Below are positions 61,401-64,000 of a stretch of 64,000 nt of DNA, in pieces; positions within the stretch are counted from its first letter, which is position 1; every line of letters starts with the position of its first letter. The DNA is taken from contig OY969926.1 in the NCBI GenBank assembly GCA_963704645.1, positions 992,001 through 1,056,000 on the forward strand, in the 5' to 3' direction. The notes beneath the pieces are model-generated. The model was given only the letters and a program-made list of their open reading frames with translations, had not been told where the DNA came from and did not search any database. Source of the stretch: an uncultured bacterium. GTDB taxonomy: Bacteria > Patescibacteriota > JACMRA01. The translations under genes and the position numbers were made by a program.

Positions 61401-64000
61401 GGTAATTCCCTTGGGCTGCGTAACCTTCTATTTGGAACAAACCACCAGCTGCAAAATATGGAGTGTAATTTGAAGGGCGGCTTCCAGAGTTTGCCACAGG
61501 ACTTAATTCATACCTAAACTTTTCGTTTTGATTAGTAATCTTTCCATACTCTAACACTTCGTCAGCTTCCAATTCAACCTCTACTGTATCGCCGCTTTGC
61601 CTGTTAAAACCGTTTGGCATTCCAGCTCCGTTATTACAGTAAACTCCGTTTGGGGTAGCTCCTAAAATAATGGAAGGGCTGGCTGGTAAATTGGTAATTG
61701 TTAAATTATCTTTGGTACACAAATGTTTGTTTACAGCATCGCTGTTATTATTGTTTAAATTTCTATAAGCTACCAAACTTGGGGCAATTGTGTCTACAAC
61801 AAGTGCAGTATTTTCTAAACTTTCTACAGTTTTTACTCCTTTAGTTGCCACTACTTTTAGACTGTAATTAGTGTTGGTATTAGAGGTTGAGGTACTTAAT
61901 GTACAAGAAAAAATGCTAATTTCTGAAGTAACAGTTTGGCAGACTGTGTTTCCAGATATAATATCAATAATTGCGATGTTGGTGGAAGGATCGGCGAACC
62001 CTTTAATTTCGTTGGCTAAAGAATTAGAGTAATATTTTCCATTATACAACCTCGTGTTTTCAGAGGTGGAGGGAGCAACAATTTTGTTAATATCGTAAAT
62101 AGTTGGAGTAGTTAAAATGTTAGCATCAAGCCAAACTCCAGCCGACAAAGTTTGTTCTATACTTCCTTTTCTTCCTGTAAAATTAACTTCATAAAGTCCT
62201 CCGTTAAAACTTGGCACAGGGTAAACAACATCCCAAGTACATTCGGTTGATGAGCAAGGTGTTGTAAGCGGGTCACCAGCGGAGTTGTAAGTTACATCAC
62301 CTAAAATATTCTTGGTGTAATCAAAAGGTGAATTATCTATCCATCCAATTTTTTGTTTAACTTCATTCCCAGAAAGCTCGCTTAAATTAGTTAAATTAGA
62401 ATAGCTAAGTTTAACGTATTGGGTATCGGCCGTAACAGTTGAGCGTAATATTAGCTTTTTAGCAGAATTAATTTCAGTTTCAAGTTGAGTCTTAATATTG
62501 TCTTTTTCGGTTTGGGAAGAAGCGGCCAGCCACTGGTTTTGTAAATCTTCAATTTTAGCAATTTGAGCTACACTATTTATTCCAGAAAAAGTAGGAATTG
62601 ATTGAACCGAGATGAATGGATCTACAGGATTATTTCTTACAAAAACTTGATTAGAAGGAAGCCCTTCGTTTCCAAATTTATCTACAATTGTAGCCTGAAT
62701 TATATGATTAGTTATGCCTGGGTTTGCAGGGTCTGAGGTAATTTTTGGTAAAGCAACTATAACCGAGAAATAGCCATCAGCGCTAACCGAAGCCATCTGT
62801 TCAAAATCGCAACTTCCATTTAAACCAAGTGTATCAACACAAATTCTAACACTTACATCTTCAGGGTTTAAACCTGCAAATAAATTAGCCTGACCTTGCA
62901 CTTCGGTAACGCCAGAAGAAGTTATGAACGGTGTATTGCTAGAAGCCCCAGACGGATAAGTAATGAAAACTCCTGGTGTGTTTTTGGTAATATTTTGGAA
63001 AGCCCCAGAAATGTTAGGTAGGTTAGAATTATCTACAGAATTTAAATCTAAATTCCATGTATAGTTTCCATCTTCTAACCAATTTCCAGAGTCATCTTTT
63101 CCATCAAAAATTAAACTTGGTGGAAGCGAGTTGGAACCACTAATTGTTTTTACAACATCTCCATTGGAATTTTTTAAAGTCCAGCTCCAAGTATCAACTA
63201 GAATAGGATCGGCGGCATTATTTGGGTTTGAAATTGCCCCTTCAAAATAAATTCCATCTTGCTTGCCGTTGCCATCTGTAGAAATAAAAGTGGTTCCGTA
63301 TTGTTTGCCAGCATTATTGGAAGCAGCAAAACTTAGATTCACCGAAAATAAATTAACTTTAATAGTTTTAGTTAAGCTTTGGGTATTTCCAGCCAAATCG
63401 GCGATTGTAATTATATTATCATTAAGAATTTCTGGATTAGGGTTTGCAGCATCGTTACTTGAAGACTGTGGTAAATCTACACTGTAGCTACAAATTGGAT
63501 TTGTTGTTAAAGCCGAATTATCAAAATCTTGATCTTCGTTACAGGTTATAGTGAACGGACCTTGAACATAGCTTGCAGGAGTAATGTTACCAAGATTGAC
63601 GGACGGATTTGAACCAACAATTTGGCCTAAACTTCCATTACTAGTTTCATCTAAAACAATTTGTGTGGAGTATGTTTCGACTCCTAAATTAGCTAACGGC
63701 GCAGCAGACTTTAACTGAGAATTTTCTAATTTTAAAGTTGCCCCCTTCTCGCCTTTACCTTCAAAACGGACTATCTTTCTGGCGTAAACCGAGTTAGCTG
63801 ACGGACTAGAATTTTCTACAAAAGTGAAAGAATCTAAATTCAATTTTGCTTTGTCATAACTAAACAAATTTCCAGCTTTATCCTTCCCCGAAAGTACAAA
63901 TGTATACTGGCCATCAGGTTGAATTTCATTGGCAAAATTGTAACCGACGTCACAGGATGTTTGACCAGTAACAAAGTCTCCAGCTGGCACAATTTGGTCT
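58486..64000 (-). CDS. Polymorphic toxin: Ig-like/FlgD-like stalk, coiled coil, hydrophobic translocation region and C-terminal probable RNase tip (5'-partial)
   Basis: The frame is open to the window edge. Repeated D.AGN Ig motifs; FDGKDDSGNWLEDGNY (FlgD-like); Gly/Ala hydrophobic helices; tip LESHYNDHGADFG...NGDIVKFNPSTNEFGV...IRTYYKP. Confidence 0.85.
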   Translation of the reverse strand, partial: DQIVPAGDFVTGQTSCDVGYNFANEIQPDGQYTFVLSGKDKAGNLFSYDKAKLNLDSFTFVENSSPSANSVYARKIVRFEGKGEKGATLKLENSQLKSAAPLANLGVETYSTQIVLDETSNGSLGQIVGSNPSVNLGNITPASYVQGPFTITCNEDQDFDNSALTTNPICSYSVDLPQSSSNDAANPNPEILNDNIITIADLAGNTQSLTKTIKVNLFSVNLSFAASNNAGKQYGTTFISTDGNGKQDGIYFEGAISNPNNAADPILVDTWSWTLKNSNGDVVKTISGSNSLPPSLIFDGKDDSGNWLEDGNYTWNLDLNSVDNSNLPNISGAFQNITKNTPGVFITYPSGASSNTPFITSSGVTEVQGQANLFAGLNPEDVSVRICVDTLGLNGSCDFEQMASVSADGYFSVIVALPKITSDPANPGITNHIIQATIVDKFGNEGLPSNQVFVRNNPVDPFISVQSIPTFSGINSVAQIAKIEDLQNQWLAASSQTEKDNIKTQLETEINSAKKLILRSTVTADTQYVKLSYSNLTNLSELSGNEVKQKIGWIDNSPFDYTKNILGDVTYNSAGDPLTTPCSSTECTWDVVYPVPSFNGGLYEVNFTGRKGSIEQTLSAGVWLDANILTTPTIYDINKIVAPSTSENTRLYNGKYYSNSLANEIKGFADPSTNIAIIDIISGNTVCQTVTSEISIFSCTLSTSTSNTNTNYSLKVVATKGVKTVESLENTALVVDTIAPSLVAYRNLNNNNSDAVNKHLCTKDNLTITNLPASPSIILGATPNGVYCNNGAGMPNGFNRQSGDTVEVELEADEVLEYGKITNQNEKFRYELSPVANSGSRPSNYTPYFAAGGLFQIEGYAAQGNYQVEVEIADLAGNITQTTKDYIIDNVGPNAPTQDFSLWGNLTGFERRIFAQPAYIEPSYFRPANNRLLQIDNQKNYVLKDDSVFFYGFAEKDTHPILSINNTDIVAVEVVNNGCSEQSKVNGNLVENQETIAADGTVVQNKTHCLFAIQVKFEELYQTLLKAGTLNTSTQGTKPGASSKAEGVYLVQWRNEDKSGNRSEHTRQYLLEYDKTVPQFFSIQNALSNKFNPLIDFQTDGAPKFYADGRGNLPVVTNQLDLTLEGITEQQADVEYFLLDNVGNLVSNQSKTFINATNQKHTVSFTLGSKTADKDGAAGLAEDGIYQICYNSADSADNEIGLKCFQIERDTLTPNNPNLNLSLNFVYKQEPYTISGNVSGESYTTSNLVGNIGKQGNKTSTVKTLSVHNDSDWENTFTFCSNLADRATNTSGNTCKSITTPVRPPRSGECNLSDSQKSTIKDYVKNLTDPNSPLPDLGFSKSCNVYEPNLIQSQVNDELQTQAKAKSEASSCVQANELNRLRKETNFVGPTPANKTCDTSLLTNDEIANIKTAYQDSIDNYKQAVADYEKQKAEIEAQQAKATAEAEKNKYNNDFNIFSGDNCFTKGVINGAASVVTGIADFTTGIIDDFKNGDYLSGIGKIALVVGVVALTIVAAPFVAGAVGAGLAVVGIGGTAGAIATTIITGAIIGATINTVSAAVSATNISFNPPSLSFDPDKFNQNLAQNFCGTTDPNPATCIGYFAGQVLTGEALAAGVGAISKGASSISKSSSVLDDVSKVAGTVDDLAKVTDDISKIVDDLSKATDNLNKNPTLPNMDDAANALNKAMDDLDNVKNGVDDTKTKPKNSEEPKGGCLLGKASAADLILGFVFGVVSVRADVDCATGFANENTLESHYNDHGADFGAKSSSQYQALAKSFMNSDNSSILSKTRINGDIVKFNPSTNEFGVVTSSGIIRTYYKPNPAIHGEPTNLDYYNKQ

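Noticed and set aside
1-64000. tRNA or rRNA genes
   Set aside because: No T-loop GTTCRA in a cloverleaf context and no rRNA-like segment found by eye; tRNAscan-SE would be decisive.

Overview
AT-rich bacterial chromosomal segment in genetic code 11. Its gene content (lone VirB4-like ATPase, giant surface proteins, Nudix-containing LeuRS, scattered housekeeping genes) suggests a CPR/Patescibacteria-type genome; this is inference. Housekeeping genes: leuS, rpoB, argS, gyrA, dnaN, msrB, tuf, rseP and an N-terminal half of ligA. Left end: a >1998-aa minus-strand adhesin-like ORF missing from the ORF track, containing a near-perfect 888-bp tandem repeat. Right end: a polymorphic toxin locus. It comprises a giant Ig/FlgD-repeat carrier with a C-terminal probable RNase tip, a CPCC-type cognate immunity gene, orphan immunity-like genes, a TM+HEPN pair and a direct-repeat-flanked DUF1016 gene. 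The most striking feature is a Cys-bracketed, signal-peptide-like segment just before the toxin tip, where other toxins have a HINT domain. Also present: a REP-associated tyrosine transposase (RAYT) with REPs embedded in-frame in its own gene, about 14 dispersed GTAG-type REPs, an RpoB with a heavily remodelled rifampicin pocket and no adjacent rpoC, eight orphan genes built as self-contained promoter/SD/terminator units, and a (CA)5-frameshifted membrane gene. No rRNA, tRNA or CRISPR array was seen.
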